NCBI GenBank assembly: GCA_036229005.1
Contig: JAZAMN010000031.1
Coordinates: 192,001-256,000, forward strand
Reading direction: 5' to 3'
From: Myxococcota bacterium
Lineage (GTDB): Bacteria; Myxococcota_A; UBA796; CAJQPC01
Length of the DNA: 64,000 nucleotides
A program made the position numbers and the translations under genes. Under the pieces are notes generated by a model, which worked only from the letters and a program-made list of their open reading frames with translations, was not told the origin of the DNA and ran no database searches. Below, one piece after another: positions 19,725 through 29,411 of this stretch; position 1 is the stretch's first letter, and the number at the start of each line of letters is the position of its first letter.

Positions 19725-21446
19725 TTGCTGAGCGCAGGCGCAAAGCTGGGCCGCTACAAGGTCATCCGGGCGATAGGCCGGGGGGCCATGGCGACCGTCT
19801 ACGCCGCGCAGCACGTCGAGCTGGGCTCCTTCCACGCCATCAAGGTCATGAACCTGACCTCGCCGCACCTGATCTCGCGGGTGCTGCAGGAAGGCCGCAT
19901 CCAGGCCGGGATGCGTCACCCCAACGTGGTCCCCGTCACCGACGTCCTCCGCATCGGCGGTGTGCCCGCGCTGGTGATGGACCTGGTGGATGGCCCCGGC
20001 CTGGACCTGTGGCTGGAGACCGAGACCCCCACGCTCCTGCAGGTCGACAGCCTGGCCCGGGATCTGCTCAGCGGGGTCGGCGCCGCCCACGGCCAGGACC
20101 GCATCCACCGGGATCTCAAGCCCGGCAACATCCTGCTGGAGGTCCAGGGCGACCGCGTCGTGGCCCGCGTGACGGACTTCGGGCTGGCCAAGGTCCTGGA
20201 CAGTGGCGGCATGGCCCGCTCGCACACGGGCGTGGTGATGGGCACCCCCGCCTTCATGGCCCCCGAGCAGTTCCGGGACTCCAAGGCCGTCGACAAGCGC
20301 GCAGACGTGTTCGCCCTGGGTGCGATGATCTACCAGCTCCTGGCCGGCAAGCCCCCCTTCAAGGCGCCGGACATCATCGCGCAGTTCCGCCGGATCGAAG
20401 AGCAGAATCACCTGCGCCTGGACGCCCTGCTCCCCCACCTCCCCCCGGAGATGACCGAGCCGGTACACGCGGCGCTCAGCTTCGATCCCGCGGACCGTCC
20501 GCCCGACGCGCGCGCCATGCTCGAGGCCTGGTGCGGAGACCGCAGCCTCCCCCCGGCAATCTGGCCCCTGGAGTCCCGACAGCGGGTCTACAAGCTCGCC
20601 GGCCGCAACGGCAACCAGAAGGCCGCCTTCGACCTGGACCCAGAGGCCGGGGTCCCCAACAGCCTCAGCGACCAGAGCGATCTGGTGGCCTTGGCCGAGG
20701 CCTCCCAGTGGCCCGTCGAGATGGGCGGTCCGCGCAGGACCCTCATCGCCCAGGAGGACGACTTCCCCCCCGGCGAGGGCCCAGAGCTGCCCGAGCCCCC
20801 TGCGCACCAGCCCAGCCTGCCCCCGCCCGGAAGCCCCAGCGACCGCAAGTGGGCCGTGGTCGGTGGGGTGCTCGCGATCCTCGCGCTGGGCGGCTTGGGG
20901 TTCTGGTGGATCCGGGACCCAGCCGTGGTCTCCGAGCCCGAGCAGTCTCAGGAGGAGGTGGTCATCGCAGCCTCCGAAACACCCGCCCCCACCTCGCCGG
21001 CACCAGAGAGTCCAGAGATCCTCGAAGACCCTCCCCCCAGTGAGGTGACCCGCAGCGTGACGGACACCCCCGAGCCCGCTCCCTCTGCGCCCTCCAGTGA
21101 ACCCGCTCCCCCGCCCCAGACCCCAAAGACACAGCCCCCAGAGGCCCAGACCCCAAAGGCACAGCCTGTCGTCGTCACCAAGCCCCAGGAGCCCGCCCCC
21201 ACGCCGGAGCCCGCCCCCAAGCCCAAGACCGCCCGGCTCAGCGTGAGCGGCGCACCAGCGGCGTACCTGGTGGGCGCCAATGGCCGCAAGCACGCCGTCC
21301 GGGGAGAGCTGCCTGCCGGCGACTACGCGCTGTTCGCCTACTTTGGGCAGGAGCAGGCGACCCAGGTGCTGGAGCTGAGCTTGAGCCCTGGCCAGGAGGC
21401 CTCGGTGAACTGCAACGCCATGATGCGGGTCTGTAGGGCCCAATAG
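19725..21446 (+). CDS. Transmembrane Hanks-type Ser/Thr protein kinase
   Basis: GRGAMA, AIK, HRDLKPGN, DFG, GTPAFMAPE, then a TM, a Pro-rich linker and a small Cys-containing C-terminal domain. Confidence 0.93.
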   Translation: MLSAGAKLGRYKVIRAIGRGAMATVYAAQHVELGSFHAIKVMNLTSPHLISRVLQEGRIQAGMRHPNVVPVTDVLRIGGVPALVMDLVDGPGLDLWLETETPTLLQVDSLARDLLSGVGAAHGQDRIHRDLKPGNILLEVQGDRVVARVTDFGLAKVLDSGGMARSHTGVVMGTPAFMAPEQFRDSKAVDKRADVFALGAMIYQLLAGKPPFKAPDIIAQFRRIEEQNHLRLDALLPHLPPEMTEPVHAALSFDPADRPPDARAMLEAWCGDRSLPPAIWPLESRQRVYKLAGRNGNQKAAFDLDPEAGVPNSLSDQSDLVALAEASQWPVEMGGPRRTLIAQEDDFPPGEGPELPEPPAHQPSLPPPGSPSDRKWAVVGGVLAILALGGLGFWWIRDPAVVSEPEQSQEEVVIAASETPAPTSPAPESPEILEDPPPSEVTRSVTDTPEPAPSAPSSEPAPPPQTPKTQPPEAQTPKAQPVVVTKPQEPAPTPEPAPKPKTARLSVSGAPAAYLVGANGRKHAVRGELPAGDYALFAYFGQEQATQVLELSLSPGQEASVNCNAMMRVCRAQ

Positions 21447-21473
21447 GCCCAGTGCCCAGGGGTCCAGCGGCCC

Positions 21474-23507
21474 TCAGCGCAGGGTCTGGCCCTCGATGAT
21501 CGCGACCAGCCCGGCGTCGCTGCGGGCTCCCGGGGCCCCCAGCGCCAGATCGGCCAGGTGCATGGGGTCCAGCGCGTCGTCCCAGCCAAGCTGGCCCTCG
21601 GCGAATGCGCTCCCCGTTGCATCATCGCTGCCCGTGAACTGGAAGGCTGCGTCGCCCTGGTCGTAGCTGCCCGCCGGCAGGCCGCCGTGGAAGAGCAGGA
21701 CCTCGGAGGTATCCGGCGCGCCCAGCATCAGCTCCTCGGCGCCGTCACCGTCGCGGTCCTGGAGGAAGAGCAGGGCCGCACCGGTGCCGGACTTGGCCCG
21801 CCCCGAGATCTGCACCTCCGCGTCGGCGGGGGCCATCACCGTGTCCAGGCGGCTGGTGAACACCAGGACCAGCCCCTTGCTGGCCCCGCCGTCGTCCGGG
21901 ATGCCGACCGCCAGATCCTCCCGCCCGTCGCCGTCCCAGTCCCCGGCCGCGAGCGCCCCGATCTCGCCGTCAAAGCCGGAGATAAGGTACGCGTCCGTGT
22001 CCTGGATGGTCCCGGTCCAGGGGTCCGTGAGCAGCAGCGCGTGGGTGCTGCCGTCGGTCGCGGTCATCGCGAGCTCGTCGACGCCGTCCCCGTCGGAGTC
22101 CACGCCCAGGATTGCGGCGCCGACCTCGTCCGCCCAGCTCCCTGCCGCGATCTCCAGGCTGCCCTTGGCGTCCGCGGCGGTCTTGTCCCCGCCGCTGACC
22201 CCGAACAGGAACACGCTGCCCTCTCCCGCCCCCGCGCTGGTGTCCGAGCCCATCAGCCAGAGCTGGGCCTTGCCGGCGTCGATCCAGGCGGCCGCGCTGC
22301 CAAAGCCGCTGGTCGCCCCGGTGTAGGAGGCCTGGATGCCCCCACCTGCCAGGCTCTGGCCGCCGCCCATCCGGTAGATCGCGCCCTCATCGGGGGCGCA
22401 CACCGCCAGCTCGTGGTCCCCGTCCTGATCCGCATCCGCGGAGACCAGACAGGCGCCAAAGCTGCTCGGGCCCGCGATGCGCGCCTCGCTCAGGCTGCCC
22501 GCGCTGGTGATGGGCGCGGCCACCTCGTAGAGCAGGCCCGCAGCCGGGGCCCCGACGGCGAGCTCCAGGGAGCCGTCCCCATCAAAGTCACCGACCGCGA
22601 GGCTCTGTCCAGCCCCCTGGCTCTCCGCCAGGGGCTTGAAGCTGTACGGCGCGTCGGCGCGGCTGGTGGTGCAGCTGTTGGTCACGCCATCGCAGTTGTC
22701 GTCCCAGGACGTGTCGCAGGCCTCAAGCATGCCCGGGTGCACGTAGACGTCGGTCTCGTCGCAGTCGTACTCGGTGTCCAGGGCGCCCACCGGGGCCTCG
22801 CAGGCCAGGATGGGCTCTCCCCCGGCGTAGCGGTCGCCGTCGCTGTCCAGGTAGAAGTCCACCAGGCTCTCGGCGTCCAGGCTGCCGTCGGCCTCGTCCT
22901 CCAGGCCATCACAGTCCTCGTCCCCGCCCCCGCAGACCTCGACGCCATCGGGGTTGGTCAGAGGGTCGCTGTCGTCGCAGTCCCCGGCGGTGACCACGTA
23001 GCCGTCGGGCACCACACAGCTCCCCTCGACCACCGTCTCGGTGTCCACGCCGAAGCCGTCGCCGTCCATGTCCCGGTAGAAGGTGGTGTCGGTGAACTCG
23101 GGGTCGTCGTCGTCGATGCCGCCGTCGCAGTCGTCGTCGACGCCGTTGCATATCTCCAGGGCACCGGGGTTCACGGCGCCATCGGTGTCATCGCAGTCCC
23201 CGGACTCGCTCACGCGGCCGATGGCCTCCTCCGCGCACATGATCTTGCCGGTCTCCGGGTTGCCGTAGCCGTCGCCGTCGCTGTCCAGGTAGAACGCGGG
23301 GCCCTCAATCAGGTCGTCCTCGCCGCCGCTGCAGTCGTCGTCGATGCCGTTGCAGACCTCGATGGCTCCGGGGTGCACCGCGGCGTCGGAGTCATCACAG
23401 TCCGTCCCCCCCCACTGGACCGACGCGTAGCCGTCCCCGTCCAGGTCCCGCCGCGAGGCAGCGTCACCGGGGGTGATGAACACGCAGGCCAGCAGCAGGA
23501 CTACCAC
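21474..23507 (-). CDS. Lipoprotein with MopE-like Cys-rich repeats and an FG-GAP propeller
   Basis: GTG start overlapping the upstream stop gives MVVLLLAC; DCDDSDAAVHPGAIEVCNGIDDDC repeats; GDFDGDG...VGAP. Confidence 0.8.
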   Translation of the reverse strand: MVVLLLACVFITPGDAASRRDLDGDGYASVQWGGTDCDDSDAAVHPGAIEVCNGIDDDCSGGEDDLIEGPAFYLDSDGDGYGNPETGKIMCAEEAIGRVSESGDCDDTDGAVNPGALEICNGVDDDCDGGIDDDDPEFTDTTFYRDMDGDGFGVDTETVVEGSCVVPDGYVVTAGDCDDSDPLTNPDGVEVCGGGDEDCDGLEDEADGSLDAESLVDFYLDSDGDRYAGGEPILACEAPVGALDTEYDCDETDVYVHPGMLEACDTSWDDNCDGVTNSCTTSRADAPYSFKPLAESQGAGQSLAVGDFDGDGSLELAVGAPAAGLLYEVAAPITSAGSLSEARIAGPSSFGACLVSADADQDGDHELAVCAPDEGAIYRMGGGQSLAGGGIQASYTGATSGFGSAAAWIDAGKAQLWLMGSDTSAGAGEGSVFLFGVSGGDKTAADAKGSLEIAAGSWADEVGAAILGVDSDGDGVDELAMTATDGSTHALLLTDPWTGTIQDTDAYLISGFDGEIGALAAGDWDGDGREDLAVGIPDDGGASKGLVLVFTSRLDTVMAPADAEVQISGRAKSGTGAALLFLQDRDGDGAEELMLGAPDTSEVLLFHGGLPAGSYDQGDAAFQFTGSDDATGSAFAEGQLGWDDALDPMHLADLALGAPGARSDAGLVAIIEGQTLR

Positions 23508-24334
23508 TCGGCCACCACCAGTGAGGTCCCCACCAGCCCCACCGTCGCCACGCTCAAACCAGCGGCGCCGAAGGCCCAGCGGTTGGTGAGCTGCTCCTGC
23601 GCCCGCAGCTCGCTCTCGCCCCAGGAGGGCTGATCCGCCTCCCAGATCTGGCGGTTCCGGGCGGCGACCGTCCAGCTCACCCCGGCCAGCGCCGCGGTCA
23701 CCCCCGCGCTCCCCAGCCACAGCGCCGGACGGCGGAACACAGGCGAAGGGCTGAGCGCAGGCGGCGGGTTCAAGCCGGTCTCCCCCGTGGCCACCGCGAC
23801 CGGGGCCGGGTAGGCCGGGAGCGCCTGGGAGGGCAGCAGGTAGTCCGTGCGGTAGACCTCGCCAGAAGCGAGCTGGAGCTGCGCGACAGTGGGGCGATCC
23901 AAGGAGCGCTCCCGCTGGATCCGGCCGTCCAGGAGCAGGGTCCCGTCCGCGGGCGGCAGCGGCTCGGAGGCCCCCTGTACGGGCTGTGCCTGATAGAGCT
24001 CGTGGAGATCGTGGCCCGCCGGGACAAGGCCTTGGGGCAGAGTGGGCTGCCCCGCGGATCGGGCCGCCGCGAAGTCCGCCTGGGCCGCAGCCTCATCCCC
24101 CTGGGCGTAGTGGTAGAGCCCCATGATCTGGTGGACCTCGGCCGCCACCCCAGGGGCCAGCGGGGCCCCTATGCAGGGCAGCATCGCCTGAACATCCCGG
24201 ACGCCCGCCTCGAATGCGGCAGAGTCCAGGTCCGAGAAGGCCTGCTGGGCGTCCTCCAGGCGCAGCTCCAGCGCCTCAGGAGTGGTCTCCTGGGGGCAGG
24301 TCGGGGAGGCTGCGATGAGCAGGGACGGGAGCAT
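23501..24334 (-). CDS. Secreted/outer-membrane hypothetical protein with a TPR-like N-terminus
   Basis: Short hydrophobic N-terminus, helical repeat, two C-terminal hydrophobic segments, terminal Trp. Confidence 0.65.
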   Translation of the reverse strand: MLPSLLIAASPTCPQETTPEALELRLEDAQQAFSDLDSAAFEAGVRDVQAMLPCIGAPLAPGVAAEVHQIMGLYHYAQGDEAAAQADFAAARSAGQPTLPQGLVPAGHDLHELYQAQPVQGASEPLPPADGTLLLDGRIQRERSLDRPTVAQLQLASGEVYRTDYLLPSQALPAYPAPVAVATGETGLNPPPALSPSPVFRRPALWLGSAGVTAALAGVSWTVAARNRQIWEADQPSWGESELRAQEQLTNRWAFGAAGLSVATVGLVGTSLVVAEW

Positions 24335-24428
24335 GGACGGAGCGTGTCAGGGTTGGGTCAGCCCCGATCATATCGTCACCCGAGCCGCCACCCCTGAGAG
24401 TGCGAGGGCAGTGACAGCCCGCCAGGAG

Positions 24429-25373
24429 TCACTCGACCCGCCCGCAGGTGCTGGGCAGCGCCGACAAGTCCCCGTCGAAGGGGGAGGACTCGCCGAACTG
24501 GTGCCCGTTGATCCAGTCGATGACCGACGCCCACTCGGGCTGGGTGATGGTGTGCCCCTGATCGTGATCACAGCGGACCGTCAGGTGTCCGTCGGCGGCC
24601 AGCTCCTGCTCCAGCACGTCGGTCCCCGCGTCAAAGTCCACCAGCGCAAAGCTCGGGCTGGGCCAGGCGTCGTTCTCCCCGCCCGCCCACAGCAGCGCCG
24701 GCATCTGCCAGGCCGGGGTCTCGTAGGCCGCCACGGTCGCATCGCTCAGCAGCGCCACGTCAAAGTTCGCGCCCCCTGACATCTCCACGAACGTGGACAG
24801 GCTGTCCCCGCGCTGACTGGCCACAATGGTCGTGAACAGCGCCCCACCGGAGAACCCCACCGCGCTCAGCCGCGTCATGTCCGGCGCGTGGGCCTGGTGC
24901 ACGCAGCTCCGCAGGTCGTCGAACAGCACCAGATCCGCGTCCGAGGTGCCCTCCACGTCCCACAGGAAGAAGGTCGTGTTGAACTCGGTGCGCGTCATCG
25001 ACTCCGGCAGCAGGATGATCGCGTCGTAGGCGTCCGCGACCGACTGCAGGTCCAGCGCCGAGGCCATGTACTCGGTGGGCTCGGGCGTCTCGCTCTCCCC
25101 CATCAGCCCGTGGAAGAAGAACACCACCTGCGACTCCGCGCTCACCCCCGCCGGGATGAGGGCCGTCACCGTGCGCTCCTGTCCCGAGGAGGAGAAGGTC
25201 GTGGTGCCGCTGGCCGAGAGATCCGGGCAGGCCCCATCGCTCGGCTCCGTCAGCTCGGCCAGGCCCTGGGGCCACACCGCCTCGGACTGCGTATCCGCCG
25301 TGTCATCCGCACCACTCTGGGTATCGTCGAGGTCAACCTGGGCGCCGGTGCAAGCGAACATCAACAGCAGCAT
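24429..25373 (-). CDS. Alpha/beta-hydrolase lipoprotein (PHB depolymerase/esterase-like)
   Basis: MLLLMFAC, FFFHG, GFSGGA nucleophile elbow, HDQGH. Confidence 0.8.
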   Translation of the reverse strand: MLLLMFACTGAQVDLDDTQSGADDTADTQSEAVWPQGLAELTEPSDGACPDLSASGTTTFSSSGQERTVTALIPAGVSAESQVVFFFHGLMGESETPEPTEYMASALDLQSVADAYDAIILLPESMTRTEFNTTFFLWDVEGTSDADLVLFDDLRSCVHQAHAPDMTRLSAVGFSGGALFTTIVASQRGDSLSTFVEMSGGANFDVALLSDATVAAYETPAWQMPALLWAGGENDAWPSPSFALVDFDAGTDVLEQELAADGHLTVRCDHDQGHTITQPEWASVIDWINGHQFGESSPFDGDLSALPSTCGRVE

Positions 25374-25420
25374 GGGGCTCTCCGTCTGGAGCGCACACGC
25401 TACTTGATGCGGCCGGCCTG

Positions 25421-26386
25421 TCAACGGGGAGGCAGCGACTCCCACTCCTGCAGGCGCATGTCCACCGCCTCCAGCTTCTCCGGCCAGTGCTCCCCCAGCC
25501 CCGCCTCGACGTAGCGCGCCCGGGCCTCGCGCAGCAGCACCAGGGCCTGCTCGGTGTCGCCCTCGGCGGCGGTCAGCTCGGCCAGGTCCTCCAGGGGGTA
25601 GCCCACCCACTCGGCGTTCTGGGGCGTAGGCTCGGCCAGGTAGCGGTCCTGAGCGCGCTCCAGCACGGCCTCCAGGTGAGTGCGCGCTGCCGGCTCCCCC
25701 ACGAGGCGCTCCGCGTGGGCCACAGCCCAGTCCGCGATCAGCAGTCCCAGGGGGTCCTCCAGCTCCGCGCGGTGGTCCCGGGCGATCCGGTAGGCCGTCA
25801 GCGCCTGGTCGGGATCCCCGGCCTCTTCGTGCGCGGCGCCCAGGTTGTTGTAGAGCACCGCGAGCCAGGCCACCGAGCCCGCCGCCTCCGCCGCCGCGAT
25901 GCCCTTCTCGGCCCAGTCGATCTGCTGCTCTCCGGGCGCCACGATGGCCGCGTGGTGCGCCATGTCGATGGCCCGCAGGGGCAGCTCCCGCTCCAGCGCG
26001 TAGACGTAGGCCTCCGAGAAGGTCTGCAGGGCCTGCTCCGGCTCCCCCGCCTCCCGCTGGTAGATGCCCAGCACTCCCTGGGTGCGCGTCCAGCCCAGAG
26101 GCTCGCTCTCGCTGGCCAGGGCCAAGGCCTGATCCAGGTAGGGCTGACCGGCCTCCAGGCCCCCGGCGGTCAGGGAGTGGCAGCGAGCCGTCTGGGCCAG
26201 CGCCTCCACCTTGACCTGGTCGGGGAGGTCTTCGTCCGCCACGAGGGCCTCGTACTGCACCAACGCGCCCGAGTAGTCCCGGGACGAGAAGGTCTCATCG
26301 GCGCTGGCGAGGCGCTCCTGGGGCGTGGGGGGGACCGGGATGATCAGACCCGGGCGGGTCGCGCAGGCGAGCAGGGTGAACAGCAT
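25421..26386 (-). CDS. TPR-repeat lipoprotein
   Basis: MLFTLLAC; TPR-like LYNNLGAAHEEAGDPDQALTAY. Confidence 0.75.
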   Translation of the reverse strand: MLFTLLACATRPGLIIPVPPTPQERLASADETFSSRDYSGALVQYEALVADEDLPDQVKVEALAQTARCHSLTAGGLEAGQPYLDQALALASESEPLGWTRTQGVLGIYQREAGEPEQALQTFSEAYVYALERELPLRAIDMAHHAAIVAPGEQQIDWAEKGIAAAEAAGSVAWLAVLYNNLGAAHEEAGDPDQALTAYRIARDHRAELEDPLGLLIADWAVAHAERLVGEPAARTHLEAVLERAQDRYLAEPTPQNAEWVGYPLEDLAELTAAEGDTEQALVLLREARARYVEAGLGEHWPEKLEAVDMRLQEWESLPPR

Positions 26387-26407
26387 GCCCCTGCCCTATC
26401 GCGTCGC

Positions 26408-27829
26408 TCAGCCCTCCGTCAGGCGCCTGGGCTGTGCCAGGGCAGCCAAGGCGGCGTGGTGCCCCCCGAGGCCGTGAACCCCGCCGCCGGGCGGCGTGCT
26501 GGCGGAGCACAGGAACACGTCGGGGTTGGGCGTGGTCCAGGGCGCGAAACGGGCCACCGGCCGGGTGAAGAGCTGGTCCAGGGTGTTGGCCCCGCCGTTG
26601 ATGTCCCCGCCCACGTAGTTGGGGTTGTAGGCCTCGAAGTCCGCGTTGTTCATGCAGTGCTGCGCCCGGACGCAGTCCCGGAAGCCGGGCGCGTGGGCCT
26701 CGATGGCGGCCGTGATGACCTCGCTTTGGTCCCGGGTGCTCCCGTTTGGGGTGTGCACATAGGCCCAGGCGATGTGCCCCCCCTCTGGCGCCCTCCCCGG
26801 ATCGAACTGCGTAGGCTGCGTCAGGAGCACAAAGGGCCGCTCGGGGTGCTCTCCCCGCCACACGGCCGCCTCGCTCGCGCTCAGGGCCTCCAGATCGCCC
26901 CCAAGGTGCACCGTCCCGCAGCGAGAGAGCCGCGCGTCCGTCCAGGGGATGGGGCTGCTCAGCGCGTAGTCCACCTTGAACACCCCGGGCCCCCGCTTGA
27001 AGCGGCTGAGCGCCCGCAGGTAGCCGCTGGGGAGCGCGTCCCGGGCGATGCTGGCGAGCGCTCGGGGGCTCGTGTTGAAGAACACCTGCCGCGCCTGCAC
27101 CTGCCCGATGTGGGTGATCTCGCTGTTGAGCTCGATGCGCCCGCCCAGCGACTCCAGGTAGCTGGCCATGGCCGCTGTGATGGCCCCCGCGCCCCCTCTG
27201 GGCATGGGAAAGGACACCGCGTGCGCGGCCAGGTGGAGCATGAGGCCGATGGCCGCCGAGGGGGGTTGGCTCAACGGCAGACAACTGTGGCACGCGTGCC
27301 CTGCAAAGAGGGCTCGAGCCCGCCGCGAGGAGAACAGCAGCCCCGCCAGGGTCGTGCTCGGCAGCAGCGCCCGCATCCCGAAGCGCGCCATCAGCACCGG
27401 CGAATCCGGGATGCCCAGGGGCGCGGTCCCGTCCTGCAGCAGCTCGGCGTAGCGCTCCACGAAGGGTTCCAACGCGCGGACGTAGCCGGGATCGCAGACC
27501 TCTTGGGCGGTGGCGTGCAGGTCGTGGTGCTGGATGATCGCGCGCTCACCTGGGTCCAGGGCGTGCCCCACCGGGTGCTCGGGGCGGATCCACTCCAGGC
27601 CGTGCTCACGCAGCGGCAGCGTGTTGAAGAAGGCCCCCGCCGCGGCCATGGGGTGGGCCGCCGAGCACACGTCGTGCAGGTAGCCGGGCAGGGTCAGCTC
27701 GGCGCTGCGCGCGCTCCCGCCCACCGAGTCCGAGCGCTCATGGACCACCACGCTGCGGCCGGCCCGCGCCAGGGTGATGGCGGCGGCCAGCCCGTTGGGC
27801 CCGGACCCGATGACGGCGGCGTCGAACAT
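26408..27829 (-). CDS. NAD(P)/FAD-dependent oxidoreductase, phytoene dehydrogenase-like
   Basis: IGSGPNGLAAA, HDVCSAAHP, NPNYVGGDI, CSASTPPGGGVHG. Confidence 0.9.
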   Translation of the reverse strand: MFDAAVIGSGPNGLAAAITLARAGRSVVVHERSDSVGGSARSAELTLPGYLHDVCSAAHPMAAAGAFFNTLPLREHGLEWIRPEHPVGHALDPGERAIIQHHDLHATAQEVCDPGYVRALEPFVERYAELLQDGTAPLGIPDSPVLMARFGMRALLPSTTLAGLLFSSRRARALFAGHACHSCLPLSQPPSAAIGLMLHLAAHAVSFPMPRGGAGAITAAMASYLESLGGRIELNSEITHIGQVQARQVFFNTSPRALASIARDALPSGYLRALSRFKRGPGVFKVDYALSSPIPWTDARLSRCGTVHLGGDLEALSASEAAVWRGEHPERPFVLLTQPTQFDPGRAPEGGHIAWAYVHTPNGSTRDQSEVITAAIEAHAPGFRDCVRAQHCMNNADFEAYNPNYVGGDINGGANTLDQLFTRPVARFAPWTTPNPDVFLCSASTPPGGGVHGLGGHHAALAALAQPRRLTEG

Positions 27830-27865
27830 GCCCGCCCCCTAACCCCGCGCCGGATAGAGGAGCCC

Positions 27866-27976
27866 ATGGGCACCGTCTACATCTTCCTGGTCGCCGGACT
27901 CCTGGCCGCCTCGGCCATCGTGGTCGCTGGGGTCGTGCTGGTCGTGCGCACCCACGATGAGGACCAGGACGACTGA
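27866..27976 (+). CDS. 36-aa single-TM small protein
   Basis: GAGGAG SD, GC3-biased codons, one TM and an acidic tail HDEDQDD. Confidence 0.55.
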   Translation: MGTVYIFLVAGLLAASAIVVAGVVLVVRTHDEDQDD

Positions 27977-28039
27977 CTGGGATCAGAGTCCTGGGCCCAG
28001 CTCCATCCGCCAGAGGGTGTCGGCGGCGACCCAGTTGAG

Positions 28040-29290
28040 CTAGGCTTGGGTGTCGTCGTGGGAGATTGCGGCGCGGCTGCGAAGGAACACATCTGCTTCT
28101 TTGAGTTCAACGACAATGGGCTCCAGCTCTACCCCGGCCAATACCGACGCATTGTGCACAATGAGCGCGTCCCCAGTGGGCGGAATCTGAAGGACGAGGC
28201 CCGCACCGAAGGGGCTGCATTGCAGATCACCTCCGGTTTCGCTGAGCCGCACCTCGCTGTCTCCCCTGGTCAGGAATGTCCCGCTGCTTGTAGTCCAGGC
28301 GATCGTGTCCTCAAGCAGGCAGAGCGAATCCGGAGCTCCTGAGAGAGGAACCTCTTGGGATGGCGTCTCACCGTGGAGGATCTCCGACTCGGTGTGGATT
28401 GACACCACATTCCCTTCTGCTACCCCGAGGTGGGGGTTGCGTCCGTCGAAGAGCCCCACTCCCCCAACGCCTGCGCGGCCGGTCACTGGTATCCCCTCGG
28501 GTCCCAAGTCGGGGTCGAGGCAGACCACATGGTCAAGATGCCCGCAGAGGGTCTCTCCCACTACATAGACCGGCCCCTCCTTCATGTTCGCGTCGCACGC
28601 CCATTCGGTTGGATTCAGCAGTCCCACTCCATCAGCGTCAAAGAGACACATCCCTTCCCCCTCACGCTTCCCGAAGGCGACAACCTCATCCGCTGCCACT
28701 AGTTCGACCAACATCGCAAAGTGCTCCGGGAAGGCCTCGACCCTCATTGTGAGGTCCGTCCCAACAAGCCGATAGGCGGCGTGCTCCACCACCAGAAGTT
28801 CACCAAGCCCCTCCCCCCACGCAATCCCCTGAACTGGATCAGTAGGCACTGTGGCAGCCTCGGAGAGCGGGTCCCAACAAGAGCCAGCCGAGCCATCACA
28901 GTCATCGTCCAGCCCATTCCCGCAGACCTCCTCCTGCCCGGGCCTGACCTGCGGCCTTGAATCGTCACAGTCCCCTCCCTGATCCGTGTAGCCATCAGGC
29001 TCACTGCAGGCCCCCAGGGTCTCCGAGTCGTCCCCAAAGCCGTCACTGTCACCGTCCAGGAACCAGATCGGAGCATCGGGCACGCCCTCGTCAACCACCC
29101 CGTCGCAGTCGTTGTCCAGACCGTCGCAGAGCTCCTCGAAGCCAGCCCCTACCAAGGGGTCGCTGTCATCGCAGTCCTGCCCCTCATAGAGCGCTGCAGC
29201 CTGTCCATCGTCGTCCCCATCCTGCGCGTCCAAGAGCAGCGACCGGTACTCGGCCGGAGTGGTCAGGCAGGCCACCAGAAAGAAAAGCAT
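28040..29290 (-). CDS. Lipoprotein with MopE-like repeats and a divergent C-terminal domain
   Basis: MLFFLVAC with GGAGGAGG SD, two Cys-rich repeats, more AT-rich 3' part. Confidence 0.75.
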   Translation of the reverse strand: MLFFLVACLTTPAEYRSLLLDAQDGDDDGQAAALYEGQDCDDSDPLVGAGFEELCDGLDNDCDGVVDEGVPDAPIWFLDGDSDGFGDDSETLGACSEPDGYTDQGGDCDDSRPQVRPGQEEVCGNGLDDDCDGSAGSCWDPLSEAATVPTDPVQGIAWGEGLGELLVVEHAAYRLVGTDLTMRVEAFPEHFAMLVELVAADEVVAFGKREGEGMCLFDADGVGLLNPTEWACDANMKEGPVYVVGETLCGHLDHVVCLDPDLGPEGIPVTGRAGVGGVGLFDGRNPHLGVAEGNVVSIHTESEILHGETPSQEVPLSGAPDSLCLLEDTIAWTTSSGTFLTRGDSEVRLSETGGDLQCSPFGAGLVLQIPPTGDALIVHNASVLAGVELEPIVVELKEADVFLRSRAAISHDDTQA

Positions 29291-29411
29291 CGCGTCCTCC
29301 TCCCAGAGCCTACCGCAAGCCGTCCGTCAGAGGGATGTCAGGACATGGGTCGCATTCTGCGAGCACAGCCGACATAATGACCGCCCGACACCTCTCTGCC
29401 TTGGAGGCCCC

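Noticed and set aside
26408..27829. Carotenoid biosynthesis (crtI)
   Set aside because: Generic phytoene-dehydrogenase-like family with no crtB or crtE nearby.
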